From Isurus oxyrinchus (lineage: Eukaryota): 64,000 nucleotides of DNA. This document shows positions 9,560 through 23,625 of this stretch, one piece after another. The DNA is taken from positions 744,001-808,000 of the forward strand of contig JANJGN010000036.1 in the NCBI GenBank assembly GCA_026770705.1. The letters are read 5' to 3'. The translations under genes and the position numbers were made by a program. The notes under the pieces were generated by a model. That model saw nothing but the letters and a program-made list of their open reading frames with translations, did no database searches and was not told the DNA's origin. The number at the start of each line of letters is the position of its first letter. The first letter of the stretch is position 1.

Positions 9560-12500
9560 TAACAATGACAGCTCCATGCTTTGTTTTTTTTTATCATTCA
9601 GGCCAGATACGCTCAGGGTATCTCTGAGGCCAATATACAAATACATTTGTAGAGGGAATGTTGCAGGACAGAAGCAGGGCTAAGGGCCGACAGGTATTGG
9701 ATGGCGAATTAGGCTGCATTGTTATGAAAGCTGCAGTGTTAGTGAACCCTGAGTCCTCACTGGTTGTGTCCTGGGAGGGAATAATGTTACTTTTACTCTT
9801 GAAAAAAATTATTTACAATTCTGCCGCCCTTTTGCTAATGCAGTTGAGCCCATTTTACCGACTAAAATCACTGGTTCGAAGATACTTACAGCACAGGAGG
9901 AGGTAATTCGGCCCGTCACGCCTGTGCCTGCTTTTTGGATATGCACTTTAGTCTAATAATTCGCAAACATGAATACAATTCCCTCCTCACATTCAAATGT
10001 CAGTCTAACGCTTGAGTAAATTTGAGGTAATGTTTCACTGAGGTGATATAATCTATTTCCATGACATCTTTTATTTCATCAACGTTAAAAAGCTGGCCTG
10101 GAATCCGATGCAGTACTGATCAATGGATATCTGGTTTGCAGAGTGTCTTCTGATTCCTCTTCGTAGCAGATAGAAACATTCCCAAATTAATACTGACTTA
10201 TTCTGCTGTAAAGACTCATTGTGCACAGATATTTCGAGAGTATTTCTAGACACTTATTACAAGGTGAATGTGGAAAAAGTCATTCTGCTAAACACAGTTC
10301 AACCGTCCTTCAGGTTTCTGTCATCCTCAACCTGCAGGAAAACAACTGCTTCCTTAAAAAATATCAGAGAGCTTTGCAAGAGCATCCGTATACTACTTAC
10401 CCACAGAGCCATTCCTGGTGCTGATCATTCTGCGTGTCATCGACCTCCATGGATCAGTCCTCGTAATATCTTGAACTATTAATTCCAGGGGCGCATTGGA
10501 GCCAATCAGTCCCTCTGGTTGGATTTGGCATTCGATCTGGTCATGGCTGAATTTAGGAAATTGAGATAGTGTATGTACGTTCTCTGAGTGTTTGTGTTTT
10601 TTAATTATAAGGTACATCTTTCAGTTTAAGTTTTATTGCTATATTTTTTCTATTTTTCGATTAAAATGTGAAACCTGGGATCTAGTTTAATTTTTGAATT
10701 GAGGCAGCAGGACAAAAGCTGTGTTTGTTTTCTGGTGCTTGTAATGACGTTTATGACTCTTGAAGAGAGCGTAAAACAACCACAAGAGTAGAAAAACGGT
10801 GTTGTTGCCGAGCAATAGGGGCGCAGGGAGGGAGTCTCTCACACAGAGGAGCACACATATACAAACACACACGCACACACACATATACAAAGAACACATA
10901 GAGAGAGAGAGAGAGAGAGAGCAGCAGTTTGAGTTCACTTGAAAGCAGCTGCCAACGGGAGGATGGAGATCAGAGATAGCAAGTTGTAATCTGAAGTTGA
11001 AGCCAAGACTCCAGATAAGCAGTCTACTGGGAGACGGGACTGAAGAGAACAGGTTTCCCAAAAGAACCGACAGGTTCCAAGCCCAAGGAGTGAGACAAAA
11101 ACGGGGCAAATTCACAAAGATACGTTCCAGTTAAACGAAAGACAGGGACCGGGTGTAAAATTGATTGGATATGCGGACATTCACACTTTACCATGCAAAG
11201 CTCCCTGGGGATTCACTGAAAGAAGCTTTGCTCAAGCTGCACCTAAGCCTCATCTCCTCAAGTATAAAATAGGGCAGATGCCAGTGAGGGAGTAACACCA
11301 TTAGGCCCTCTCTCTGCTACCACCAGAGAAGGTGGTTCATGAACTGAATGATCCAATTCAGATGCAAGTTTGAGTATTCTTAAAATGAATCATTACTCTG
11401 CTCGGAGAGTATTTGACAGGAAATAGTTAATGAGTCCTTCAGAAACAAAATTAAACTGGTTTGAAATGTATAATAACGGATTCAAATATTTTAATGATGG
11501 ATTTGTGAACTTTAGCCGTTTATCACACTCTGACAGTGTTCACTGGTATAATTCATTCTTCAAAATAAATCAGATAGAAGGTGTTATAAATGTGTTGCCC
11601 AAAATATTGTCTTAAATGTTAGACGTGGATTATTCGGCGAGTGAATGTGATTTACTCATATTCCACCGATGTTGGATACCTGGATGATTCAGGATATCCA
11701 AACATGCAGGTTAATGGAGAGGAGGCTGAATGGTTTGCATCGGGTCACGGAATTGTTGGCTCCGGTTTCGAGGTTATAACTATCAGGAAAGATTGAACAG
11801 GCCGGGTGCTCCTTTCTCTAGGAAAGTAGAGGCTGAGGGGATGACCTCATAGAGGTCTTCAAAATTAAAAACATGTTCGATACGGTAGACATAAAGAAGA
11901 TATTCCCAACTGTGGGAGAGAGACCAGAACTAGGGACCTCCAATATAACAAAATCACCAATAAATCCAATCAGGAATGCAGGAGAGCCATTTTTACTCCT
12001 ACGTTGCGGAGAATGTGAAACTCGCTCGCACAGGGCGTGGTCGAAGTGCATCACCGGGATGCATTTAAGGAGGAATCAGTAATAACACACGAGGTGTGAG
12101 GAATAGAGGACATGTTGATATTGTGTGATGAAGGGGCGATGGGCGCAAGATCCTGTGCAGCAGAAACAACCTCACAGAGCAGATGGCCGATTCTCCACTG
12201 ATCCACAGGAGTAGATTTGACACAAAGAGGCAGGCAATTGTGGGTGAAGATGTTATTAAAATAATAGCGAAACATGCTAGTTTCTTTTTTAAATCTGGCG
12301 TGGTTTTGCTGCAATACGAATAAATTAATGTTGTCTCGGTGAATTAAACAGAACACTCCGAATGAGGGACATTTCCACTCTGCCCACGCGAATGTCATAA
12401 GCGGTAACGTGGTTGAATTCAGCACCACTGCCTTTTGTCTCCAGTTTGCACCAGCCTGGACTGTGCACCGCCTGTGACGCGTGTTTACCACGATCTGCAG

Positions 12501-13029
12501 CGTGTTGCCCTTTGCAGGCAGAGCCGTGTGTGGTCTTCTAACCTGTAAACAGGAAATCCTCAGCTAAAACGTACACAAGCTGATTTTTCCAGTGCGCTAT
12601 TTTTAAATGTTGCACGTAATTTTCGCAAAATGTGCGTTTTCACCAGGTCTTACGAACCCGGGGCCGAGAACAGAGGCACCCGAGCGAAGAGATGGTGAAA
12701 ATCTCACAGAAGCTGGCCCAGGATCGGAGACCGAGAGCTTCTTAATACCCTGTGCGTTGCTGCGTCTGTTTGCAGGTTTGTGCCTTCTTCACTCCTCATT
12801 CAGGATGGTTTAAGACTGTTATAGTCAGCGAAGTAGAAAATTATCCCTATGCCTATATTCTGTAATATTAGCTTCATGTTGAAAAACCGAGTTATGTCCT
12901 CCTGATGCAAATTGATCACATACCAACATTCTCCAATCTATCGGATGGGATGTTCAAACGAGATCCTTTGTTTGCCTCTTTCGGGTGCAAAACGTCCCAG
13001 GGCCACTATTAGCAGAGGAACGGAGGGGG

Positions 13030-13190
13030 CGGCGGAGCTCCCCCCGTGTCCCTGGGGCCAACACTTATCCTCCAACCAACATAATTAAAACACGAACTGG
13101 TTCATCATCACTTTGTTATTTGTGGGTCCTGATGTGCGCAGTTAAAGCTGCCGCGTTTCCTACATAACAACAGAGACTAACTTCAAAGAA
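13030..13190 (+). mobile_element. Deu-domain SINE fragment (SacSINE1/AmnSINE-like)
   Basis: gctgccgcgtttcctacataacaacagagactaacttcaaag core; paralogous copy at 58630-58785. Confidence 0.7.
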
Positions 13191-14629
13191 ACTCCTTCAT
13201 TGCTACTGATGCGCCTCTTTCTCCCTCTTGCTCCTGTTATTGTTTCAAATTTAACCCTCAATGTTTGACTTCGTTAGCATTTATTAACGAGTGGATGGTC
13301 TATTATATATTTTACTGTTATAGCCGATTCGCCATGGCAAGTGTTTACTCCCTCCCTGCCAAAACAGTATCCATAGTGTTGATTTTGTACCTCTGAGTTA
13401 TTGCACCTCAGGCAGCTTTGTGCCAGGCTCTGGAAGGTCAGAGTCTGTCGCTCGGAAGTGCCTACAAGATGCATTGTGACACAGCTTAGTTGGCGGTGGT
13501 GGGGTTGGGGCTTTGGGTTTGCTGCTGGTGCGGTGCGGGGGGAGGTCCACTGGTGTAAGCGGAACCATCGCAGACATCTGCAAATGGTTCCACATCTACG
13601 CCATGAAAGAATGCATCTCTCGAGCTGGGATATATTCGGAAGAAGATAACCAGAATCCACACGTTATTCTCTCAATATTGCACGTGTCCAGGCCCCTGAT
13701 TCGGTCATGTATCACAGTGCAGCTAAGGAGCTCAGTGGTATGTCCTTTACGTTTGGAAATGGTTCAAAGTTGCTTATCACAGGCATAAATTCGGATAGCT
13801 TAACACATTGCACCATCAATAACCAGGAAGTTATGGTCGATGGTGATGGAATCTTAAGGCCTGGCTCTGCAAAGTTCTCCAATAATCGATCATTTAACTC
13901 CGCCTCCAGCTGAAATTCTCTCGTCGTAAAGTGTCCCTTCGGTCTGTTTGGTGAAGACTGTGGGCTTCGATTCCTTTTCCGTTCGCTGGAATATTTCCGG
14001 GAGGGGAACCGAGGGACAGAGTGATTCCAGGAAAATTGAGCCGGACGGTACATGCACCATGAGGAGTTTCATAATTCCGTGCATGGAAACATGAAGCAGC
14101 AGAGCTCTCTGTACTTGCGCTGTGCCAATCAACTCCAGTGAAAATCATTCAAGTGAAAGTGTCTCAGCTCAGTGAAGTAGATATTAACAGTTACCTTGTA
14201 CATTTTATTTGCGGCCAATTTGTTACCAATAGTTATTCGTATATCAGAACTCCCACTTTCTATGTGTCCATGTATCATTTTCTGAGCCCTTACCCTCTTC
14301 GTATATATCTCATCGTTTTAGTGTTTAGCTTTCTAAATTTTAAGTCCAACTGTATAGTTGGCATAAAAGGGTACGGAGGGAGATAAAATATTTTGACATG
14401 TCAATGACTAAATACATCCCAATTTCCTATTTACCATTTTCTCTCTCGATTGCTCTAAGTCATGACCTGTTTTCCATCGAGCTTCCAGCACAGAAACAGA
14501 GCCTTCAGCCCTTAGAATCGGCGCTGGTGTTTCTGCTCCATACGAACATCCTCCAAACCCATCTTCATCTCAGCCCACCTACATATCCTTCTGTTCATTT
14601 CTCTCTCATGTCCTTATACAGCGAGACCC

Positions 14630-17600
14630 ATCAACACATCGCAGCATGGATGATCAAGGGGAACATAACACCGTGGTACAGGGTGCCATTCAAGTGGGGG
14701 TGGGGGGGGGGGGGTAGCGGGGAGGATGGGGTGATAAATTAGAAATCCAGCTGTAATCCGGGACAGTATAATTAGGGGAATGGATATTGTTCCCAGTAGC
14801 CAGGATGGAGAGTCCTGAAGGCTGTGTTGCCTACCTGGTGCCAGGGTTAAGGGTGTCTCATCTCAACTAATCTGGGCTGCAGTCAAACTTGGAGTGGAGG
14901 CCGAAAGATCCAGTTGTCGTGTACTAGCTAGGTACCAATGATATAGATCGAATGAGGAAAGCGGTTCTGCTGAGAGAATACGAGCAGCTAGGGGCTAAAT
15001 CAAAAAGCAGGATCAAAAAGGTAATAATCTCTGGACTACTACCTGAGCCATGAGCTAATTGGCGCAGAGTCAATAAGGTTAAAGAGGTAAATGCGTGGCT
15101 CAAAGATTGGTGTGGCAGAAGTTGGTTCGCATTCATGTGTCATTGGCACCAGTACTGGGGAAAGAGGGAGCTATTCTGTTCGGACAGTCTCCACGTGAAT
15201 TTTGCTGTTACCAGTGTCCTGGCGAATCGCATAGCTCCGGTTGTAGATAGGGCTTTAAACTAAGTAGGGAGGGGGGAGGTTCAGTTACATGGATATAGAA
15301 AAAATCAAAGTTTAAGGAAAGTTTAAGAGTGCAGGTTAGTGACGAGGCTGATTGTTACCAAAAAGTCAAGCGAAGGGACAAAAAGTGTGAATGACAAATT
15401 GCACCAAAGAATCATATAAGGGTAGGGAAAATTGACAATAAGTCAAATTTAAAGGCTTTGTATCTGAATGCGCGGAGCATTCAGAATAAAACTAATGAGT
15501 TAACATCAGAAATGCAGATAAATAGATACGATCTGATGGTGATTACTGAGACATGGTTATAGGGAAAGCAGGTTTGGGAGTTGAATATCCAAGGGAACTC
15601 AGTGTTTTGGTAGGATAGGCAGGAAGGAAAATGAAGTGTTGTATTTTTGTTAGTAAAGGAAGAGATCAATGCTATAGTGAGGAATGGTGTAGGCACTGAA
15701 GGGCAAGATATGGAATCAGTCTGGGTAGAAATAAGAAATAGCAAGGGTAGGAAACCCTGGTGGCAGTAATCTATAGGTCCCCAAAAAGTATTCGTGCAGT
15801 AGGGCAAAGTGCAAACCAGGAAATACTGGGAGCATGTGAGAAAGGCAAGGCAATAATCGTGGTTGATATTAATATGCATATAGACTGGCCTAATCAAATG
15901 GGCAAGGTAGTTTCGAGGGAGATTTCATAGAGTGTATTAGAGATTGTTTCTTGGAGCAATATGTTGTGAAAGCAACCAAGAAGCAGGCTATTCTGTGTTT
16001 GGTTTTGTGTAATGAGATGGGATTAATTAATAATCTCATGGTAAAGAGTGATCATAGCACGCTAGAATTTCAAGTTCAGTTTGAGAGCGAAAAACGTGAG
16101 TCACACACTAGTGTCCTGGAGTTCAACAAAGGTAACTGCATAGGCATGATGACAGATTTGGCCCTAGTGGACTGAGTAAGAAACTACAATGAAGGACAGT
16201 TGATGAAAAGTGGCAGATATATAACGAGATATTCAATTTCTTCCAAGCAAAATATATTCCAAAAAGGAAGAAAGATGTTAAGAGTGGGGAAAGCACTCAT
16301 GGCAAAACAAGGAGGCTAAAGATAACATAAAGGCAAAAACTAAGGCATAGCAATTTGCAAAGGTCAGTGGCAGGCTGGAAGATTGTGAAACATTTAAACA
16401 TCAACAAAGGGTTACTAAAAAAGTATAATAAAAAGAGCAAAGGTAAATTATGAAATAAAACTAGAGCAAAATGTATAAACTGATATCAAAAGCTTCGACA
16501 ACTATATAAAAGGAAAGGCATTAGCTAAATTGAATGTTGGCCCCTCCGATGATGAGATTCGAGAGTTAATAGTGGGGAATGCAGAAATGGCAAAGACGCT
16601 TAATCAACATTTTGCCTCTGTTTTCACGGTGGAGGACACTCATACCACCGCAATGGGAACAGGTAGTGCAGAGGGTATAGAGAACGAAGAACTTAGAACA
16701 ATCAACATCACTAGAGAAAAATTACTGAGCAAACTATTGGGATTAAAAGATGACAAGTCCCCTGGACCTGATGGCCTACATCCCAGTGTCTTAAAGGAAG
16801 TGGCAACGGAGATAATGGAGGCTTTGGGTATATTATTCCAACATTCTCTGGATTCTGTAAAGGTTCCAGTGGATTGAAAAAAATGCGACTATAATGCCCT
16901 TATTCGGAAACGTTGTGGGGGGGGGGGGGGGGGCGGTTGATAGAGCGGAGAAGCATAAAGTACAGAACTGTAGACCAGTTAGTTTAACGTCTGTTGTTGG
17001 GAAATTGTTGGAATCCATTATTAAGGACGTAGTAATGGGGCATTTGGAAAGTCAAAATGCAATCCATTAGAGTCAGCATGGTTTTATGAAGAGTAACTCG
17101 TGTTTGACGAATTTGCCAGAGTTCTTTGAAGATGTGACAAGCAAAGTGGATAATGGATATCTTGTACAAAAACAGAATTACCTGGAAAAACACAGCAGGT
17201 CTGGCAGCATCGGCGGAGAAGAAAAGAGTTGACGTTTCGAGGACTCGAAGCATCAACTCTTTTCTTCTCCGCCGATGCTGCCAGACCTGCTGAGTTTTTC
17301 CAGGTAATTCTGTTTTTGTTTTGGATTTCCAGCATCCGCAGTTTTCTTTGTTTTTATATCAATGGATATCTTGTATATGTTATATGTCTGGGATTCCAGA
17401 AGGCCTTTGATAAGGTGCCGCACAAAAGATTAGTACACAAGATAAGATCACACGGAGGTAGGGATAATATATTAGCTTGGTTGGAGGATTGGCTTACGAA
17501 CAGAAAGCAGAGAGCTGGGTCAAATGGGTCTTTTTCTGGATGGCAAGCTGTAACTAATAGAGTGCGTGAGGATTCGGTCCTTGGGCCCCGACTGTTTACA

Positions 17601-18566
17601 AACTAATGACTTGGATTCACGGATAGAAGGTACAATGGCTAAATTTGCAGATGACACCAAAATAGGTGGGAAAGTAAGTTGCAATGAAGAAATAAGAAAT
17701 TTGCAAATGTATATGGATAGGTTCGGTGAATGGGCCAAAAGTTGGCAAATAGAGTTTAACGTGGATAATTGTGAGGTTGTCCATTTTGGTCGGAACAATA
17801 CACAGGCAATGTATTCTTTAAATAGAGAGAAATTTCGCAATGCTGCAGCGCAGAGGGATCCGGGTGTCCTCGTGCATGATTCACTGAAAGCTTGTTTGCA
17901 GGTAATAAGGAAGACAAATTGAGTTTTGGCATTTATTGCCACAGGAATAGAATACAAAAATAGGGAAGTGTTGTTCCAACCGTACAAGGCATTGGTGAGA
18001 CCGGAAGTGGAGTATTGTGCACAGTTCTGGTCCACTTACTTGGGAAAGGATGTAATATTATTGGAGACACTTCAGAGGATGTTCACGAGATTATTTCCAG
18101 AGATGCGGGGCTGGCCTTATGAAGAGAGATTGAACAGTTTAGGTTTATACTTGCTAGAGTTTAGATGGACGAGAGGAGACCAAATAGAGGCATATAAGAT
18201 TCTAAACTGAATGGACAAAGTAGAGGTGGAGCGGATGTTTCCCCTTGTAGGACATTCTAGAACGAGAGGCCATAGTTTTAGGCTAAGTGGTGGCAGATTT
18301 AAATCAGAGATGAGGAGGAATTACTTTTCTCAAAGGGTCATGAATCTTGGGAATTCACTACCTCGTTGTTCCATTGGTGCCAGAACGCTGAATAATTAGA
18401 GGGAGGAGATAGACAGCTTTTAATTAGCCACGGGTTGAAAGGTTATGGGGGAAGAGGGCGGGAAATTGGAGTTGACGCTGAAATGAGATCAGCCATGATC
18501 GTATTGAATGGCGGGGCAGACTCCAGGGGCTGAATTGCCCACTCCTGCTTTTAGTTGTTATGTTCT
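14630..18566 (+). mobile_element. Decayed near-full-length CR1-clade LINE (ORF1 esterase + APE-RT ORF2)
   Basis: ORF1-type GDSIIRG..CCLPGARVK at ~14760-14850; endonuclease LYLNARSI at ~15460; RT motifs KSPGPDGLHP, FQKAFDKVPH, KFADDTK, EYCAQFWS; 3' tail ends in ttatgttct. Many stops. Absent from the duplicate copy. Confidence 0.92.
17167..17360. mobile_element. Short hairpin insertion (probably a Penelope-terminus derivative) nested in the CR1, with 15-bp TSD
   Basis: ~67-bp inverted arms (17166-17232 and 17253-17319); AATGGATATCTTGTA duplicated at 17152-17166 and 17361-17375. Confidence 0.85.
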
Positions 18567-19522
18567 GTAATTCACCTCAACCTCTCCCTGTGGGAACGAG
18601 CTTCACATTCTGCCTGCTGGCTGGATAAAGAGGTTTCTCCTGAATTCTCGAATGGATTTATTGGTGACTCTCTGGTATTGATGTCTTCTAGTTCTGGCCT
18701 CCCCTAAAATATGCTAATACCTTAACTACGCCTGCCCAGAAATCCCTGTCATTGTCTTAATGTCCTTCATCAGGTCACCCCGCAATCTTCTCCTTTCTTG
18801 AAAAATAGAAGACAGCCTGTTCAAACTTTCCTCACTGTTATAACATCTCAGTTTGCTGACATTCCAGTAATCATATTTTTTTTGCACCTTCCCCTGTGCT
18901 TCTATATTGTTTTCTATGATATGGAGACCAGAAATATTCACAGGACGCTAAATGTAGTCAAGCTATGTTTTGATACATGTTTAGTGTCGCCTTTCTCCTT
19001 TTCAATTCTGGGCCTGTTTTTTTTTATGGCTGTATTAACCTCTGTCATCACTTTGAATGATTTTTGTGTCTATACCTCAGAATCCGCTGCTCCTCTATCC
19101 GATTTAAACTCTTGTTTTCAAGTGAGTGTGTGGCCCAAACCCTGTCACTATGTCTAACCCAAACCCCAATCCTTGTCCTTCCCAGCAAAACAGTCTCTCT
19201 CTAACTTTTCATCCAAGGCAAAAGAAAGGAATTCACTGGATGAACTTAAGCTACTTAGCCTTTCATGCGTGGCGGACAAACACTTAGTATCAATTACTAT
19301 ACATGAAATTGGTGAGCATTTCTAAATAGATGGGTTCATTAAGAGCACCGAACACCGATTTGTGAATGTGTAGTCATGCTTAACACATTTAATAGTGCTT
19401 GCTTTTTCAAGAATGGTCCGAGTGGACAGTTGAAAAGACTTCAGTAGATAAAATCTGTATGGAGTTCACAAGACCTTCATGTTTTATCAATTTACCTATG
19501 TCTTCTTCGCCTGCACCCGATC

Positions 19523-19687
19523 NNNNNNNNNNNNNNNNNNNNNNNNNNNNNNNNNNNNNNNNNNNNNNNNNNNNNNNNNNNNNNNNNNNNNNNNNNNNNN
19601 NNNNNNNNNNNNNNNNNNNNNNNNNNNNNNNNNNNNNNNNNNNNNNNNNNNNNNNNNNNNNNNNNNNNNNNNNNNNNNNNNNNNNNN
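19523..19687. other. Assembly gap (others at 39532-39667, 52749-52888, 56172-56351, 61092-61257)
   Basis: N runs, all adjacent to microsatellite or low-complexity sequence. Confidence 0.99.
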
Positions 19688-22600
19688 TATATAGATAATT
19701 GATCGAACTATCTACCTATCTATCTATGCGTCTCCCCCTCTCTCTATCATTCTCTAACACGCTGTCTATGTGACTGTCTCTCCATCTAGCCATCCATCTA
19801 CCTTCAAATTTTTAAATCTGCTTTGCTTACCTAATCATTTTCAAAACTTTATTTTAATGTGCTTGGTGATGTTGGTGACAGTGACAAGACTAACTTGATT
19901 GCCCATTCCGAGCTGCCCCCTGTAGGTGGTGCTGGATCTCCTTGAACATTGTGCAAGAGCCAAAAGGCTTGGGTTGCCGGATTTGTTCTGAAAATTCTGG
20001 GAATGATCCTTGCGGCCATGTGAAGGTGTTGCAAGAAAAGGCAGTCAGGGAGAGATTAGAGAGAGACCCTGTAACTCAGTGGCACTCTGAATGCATCCAT
20101 TAATCACTGGGTTTTTGGCACTTTCAGCTGCTTGAATGTCAAATGAGACCATTTCGAACAAGTTTAAATTTCACTATCTAACAGGCAACATGAGCAGTGA
20201 TGCGGAAGTGTCACATTCCAGAGCAATGACACAAGGAAAGCCGCTAATGATGGATAGAATTGTTTCCTAACATCTGTAAGTACATTTCACTGAATTTTAA
20301 TCTGAGGTTTAAAATTAATGGTTACTGTCATATGTGTCTAGGTGATTTTGCATAGTGCATATCACAAGATAACAATGTTTAACTGTCCTATAACAATGTG
20401 GCAATAGATGAAAATATAGGTAGGAATTCAATTCAATACAAAATTGAGATTGATAAGCTTTTGATAGGTAAAGGGGATTTAGTGTTAGGGAACGAAGGAG
20501 GGGGATGGGGTTAAAATAAGTATAAGGACGAGGCTTATTGAATGGCAGAAGATGCTGGATGGGCCTCCTGATGATGGTATGGCTCCGATAGTTGTTTGTG
20601 TTTTCTCTTCCAGATTCGTTTTGCTCAGCTGGCGTTTAATGTGGATCCCACAGTCAGATTGCAAGCAATATTGAGGGCTCAAATTCTGCTTCTGGGCTAT
20701 GACGCGTGATGGAAAGTTTCCTCTGTTGAGTCCTTATTGGAGGAAAGCCTGGAGGTGTGACCATTTCCAAGAAACAGCCGTCGTAAATACTGTTCCCAGC
20801 TGAATTCATATTTATCAATAATAACGAGCAATGTGGCCCGCCGATTCTTCACCTACTGGACAGTCTTCAAGTCTGACAGAAGAGGCTCTATTTGAGGCCC
20901 AATTTGACTGTTAGAAAGTTTAGCTTTCTGTTGAGTCTAGATATGTTTCAATTTTCTTATGGTAGTATTTTTAAGTACATAGTGCATCTTTGTGTAGCGC
21001 TTGAGCAGGAAAGAGCACATCAGTGTCTACGTTCGCAATGTATTAAACACATTTTGAAACGCAAGCATTGTATTTGGGAGTTCCGGCTGTTTGATTCCTC
21101 AGTGCAGGTGTGCTCATTGGATCTGCAATGGGAGGTTACAGGACATCCTCATGGTCCAGATGTGTGCGGTTTAAAAATGGGAACAATGCAACAAGAATCA
21201 TACCAGAACTGAGAGTTTATGATATCACTGATCAATTCGCCACAAAAGAGAAGACTGAGGGGTGACCTGATGGCGATGATCAAAATTATGAAACGATTTC
21301 ATACGTGGAGACGGAAAGAGAATGTTTCCTTTTGCAGGAAGAGCAGAAGTAAAGGCCGTGAACATTAGATATTCGCTAATAATTCCAATCGGGAATTCAG
21401 GAATAATTACTTTCACAGGGGAAAGGAGAGAATGTGGAACTCGCAACCACTGCGACTGTTTGTGGAAAGTAGCTGAGATGCATTTAAGGGGGAAGTTGGA
21501 TAAATACATCATGAATAACGGGACAGGAGAAAATGTTGATGGGATGTAGAGGGTGTGGAAGGGGGCTCGTGTGGAGCATAAGCACCAGCAGAGAGCAGAG
21601 GGGCTGAATGGCCTGTTTTTGCTCTGAAAATTATTTTGAATTTTGTAAAGTAGAAAACATGAGAAGTGACTGAAAGCTGTTTGCTCTGAGGAGTTTCCAT
21701 CCATAAAAGCATTTCTTCTTCACACTAAAATAAATAGTGAAATGTAAAATTGGAATTCAAAAGAAGTTTCACCTACATGATCTAATAACTTTGCGTACAC
21801 CTTCAATATTATAAACATTAAAAAATAAAGTTTGAGGCCACTGCTTTTTAAGAATCATCTTATGACTTCAACCAATGTTATTTGTTGAGCAAGAAAATCC
21901 CAGAGGGAAATTTGGCTCACTGGTCATGTATATAGTTTTTCTATTTTGAAAAAGATGGGAACCCTTTTATGATTCCTATATTAAAACATTTATTAACAAG
22001 GAGAAAAAAACCCTTAATCATACAAGACTAAAATTATAGGGTTGAAGGAGTCTCACAAAGTATTTTTCCGAAAAATACACTTGCTTTTCAGAACACTCAA
22101 GTACACTGTTTGGAAGCAGTGCTCTTATGTAGTTTTAACCGTAAAAATACCGTAATATTACCCAAGGCAATACTTCTGCTACTTTAGTACAGTATGCCAC
22201 ACGACTTCCCATTCTCTTCCAGTCTGCTGTGGAAATCCAAATGGAGTTCAAAAACAGGCTCCGTCTTGAAAGGAAAGACTTCTCTGTGTTGAAATCGGAT
22301 GGCTGCTTCAAATTCGATATTCTTTTCGGCACAGAGCTTGTCTCAGGACATTTTACCCACATAGCCACCTCACCTCAACTAAGCATTTACCTTAATTATC
22401 TTTTTTCCACACCTCTTTCATCCTTGGTTCCAATGTCCTAAGCATTCCTTTGAACTCAAATTTCCAAAACTCAAAACTAAAAACTCCTTCATGCTTTCAT
22501 GTTGACTTCACATCCAAGTCAAATAAAGTTTAATAACCTTCCCTTGTTTACTTATCAAATATTGGCAGCTGAAAAGACAAGTCCTTCCTAACACCGAATT

Positions 22601-23286
22601 CAAATTAAAAAAAACTATGTATTAATTTATAATCCCAACATCACCATAGCCTCTCATTACAAATGCATGCGTCGAGCTCCTTTATTTTTCATCTCTAATT
22701 TTCCACAGACAATCTATCTTTACTAACGTCCCCCAGTTTAATTACCCATAGACACACAGACACACACACTGAGATTTCTTTACAGAATACCACCATGTTC
22801 CCAAATAATAGATAAAAACAACATCTATTTATAGATACCATTCACCTTGTTTCCAGATCCATTAAGAAGCGCGCACAACATAATATAATGGATACCAGCT
22901 TCAACAGCCTTCTGAGAGATATAGATCCAGATTTCCACTCCAACTTCCACAGCACCTCTTGCTCCGAAACACACTACAATCATGGATAATCTCCAACAAG
23001 TTGGTTTAAAGTTCAACATAAACCAAAAGACACTCTGTGAAAGTGAAATGTGACGATCGCAAGTTTCCTGAATCACTGCCCGTGCCCCTCCTCTGCCATA
23101 TTCTAATTCTGTAAAGGATAGAGCACATTATATCTCAGAGAAAGAAACCCACTCCGAACAGCATCTCAATCCAGGACTGTTATTGCCAGCTCAGTAGAAA
23201 TTGCAGTTTTATCAAGATGACATTTAATTATAATTTAATTATTAATCAATACAAATCTCTGGTGCATCGTTATAATCGAAGAATAA

Positions 23287-23292
23287 TTTATT
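23287..23292 (-). terminator. Candidate polyadenylation signal of A2 (AATAAA)
   Basis: About 335 nt downstream of the A2 stop codon. Confidence 0.4.
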
Positions 23293-23625
23293 TTAATTAC
23301 ATACAGATATTTGTCAACAAATGAACATCCTGTCAATGCCTGGAATTACAGAATCAGCAGAAAAAAGCCCAGAGAAACTAAGGAAAGTCCTTAGTCTTTG
23401 TTTAATGTTTCTTCTACACTTGAATTACACGATAACCGTGGAAAATCCTTAATCATACTCAGGATCCCTTCGCAAAATGAGTCAGTCTTTGTAGCCTCTG
23501 GCGAGTCCATGGGGAAAGATGATTCTTTGATGGGAGTCTGGCTCCATGTTGTTTCCACAAGGCTGTGGGTTATTTGGTAAATCCTGTCACCTCCATAATT
23601 CATCAGAGAGAAACAGTCCTTGTTC

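Larger units (their letters stand above)
12733..20660 (+). pseudogene. C1: decayed B-like VJ-C1-TM gene
   Basis: Leader-like exon 12733-12775 (ATG>GAG); V-J 13398-13782 (..YSLNIARVQAPDSVMYHSAAKELSGMSFTFGNGSKLLIT, frameshifted, GC donor); C1 ~13870-14177 (SPIIDHLTPPPAEI, with stops); TM remnant ~20000-20050; terminal exon from 20614 (IRFAQLAFNVDP). Confidence 0.8.
1750..21075 (+). repeat. Segmental duplication copy 1 (intergenic + B + C cassette)
   Basis: Colinear with 47715-62723, including introns and old shared TE fragments; differs by later TE insertions. Confidence 0.88.

Noticed and set aside
13713-13755. Perfect CACAGTG at the YYC position of pseudogene C1
   Set aside because: Arises by decay of TAT-TAC-TGT-G; no nonamer follows and it is absent in C2.
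19399-19698. ORFs running through N-gaps
   Set aside because: Artefacts of undefined bases.
21876-22822. Possible solo LTR (TG...CA), and similar unexplained blocks at 10610-11150 and 55930-56560
   Set aside because: No matching TSD or internal retroviral sequence visible; cannot be supported without a repeat library.
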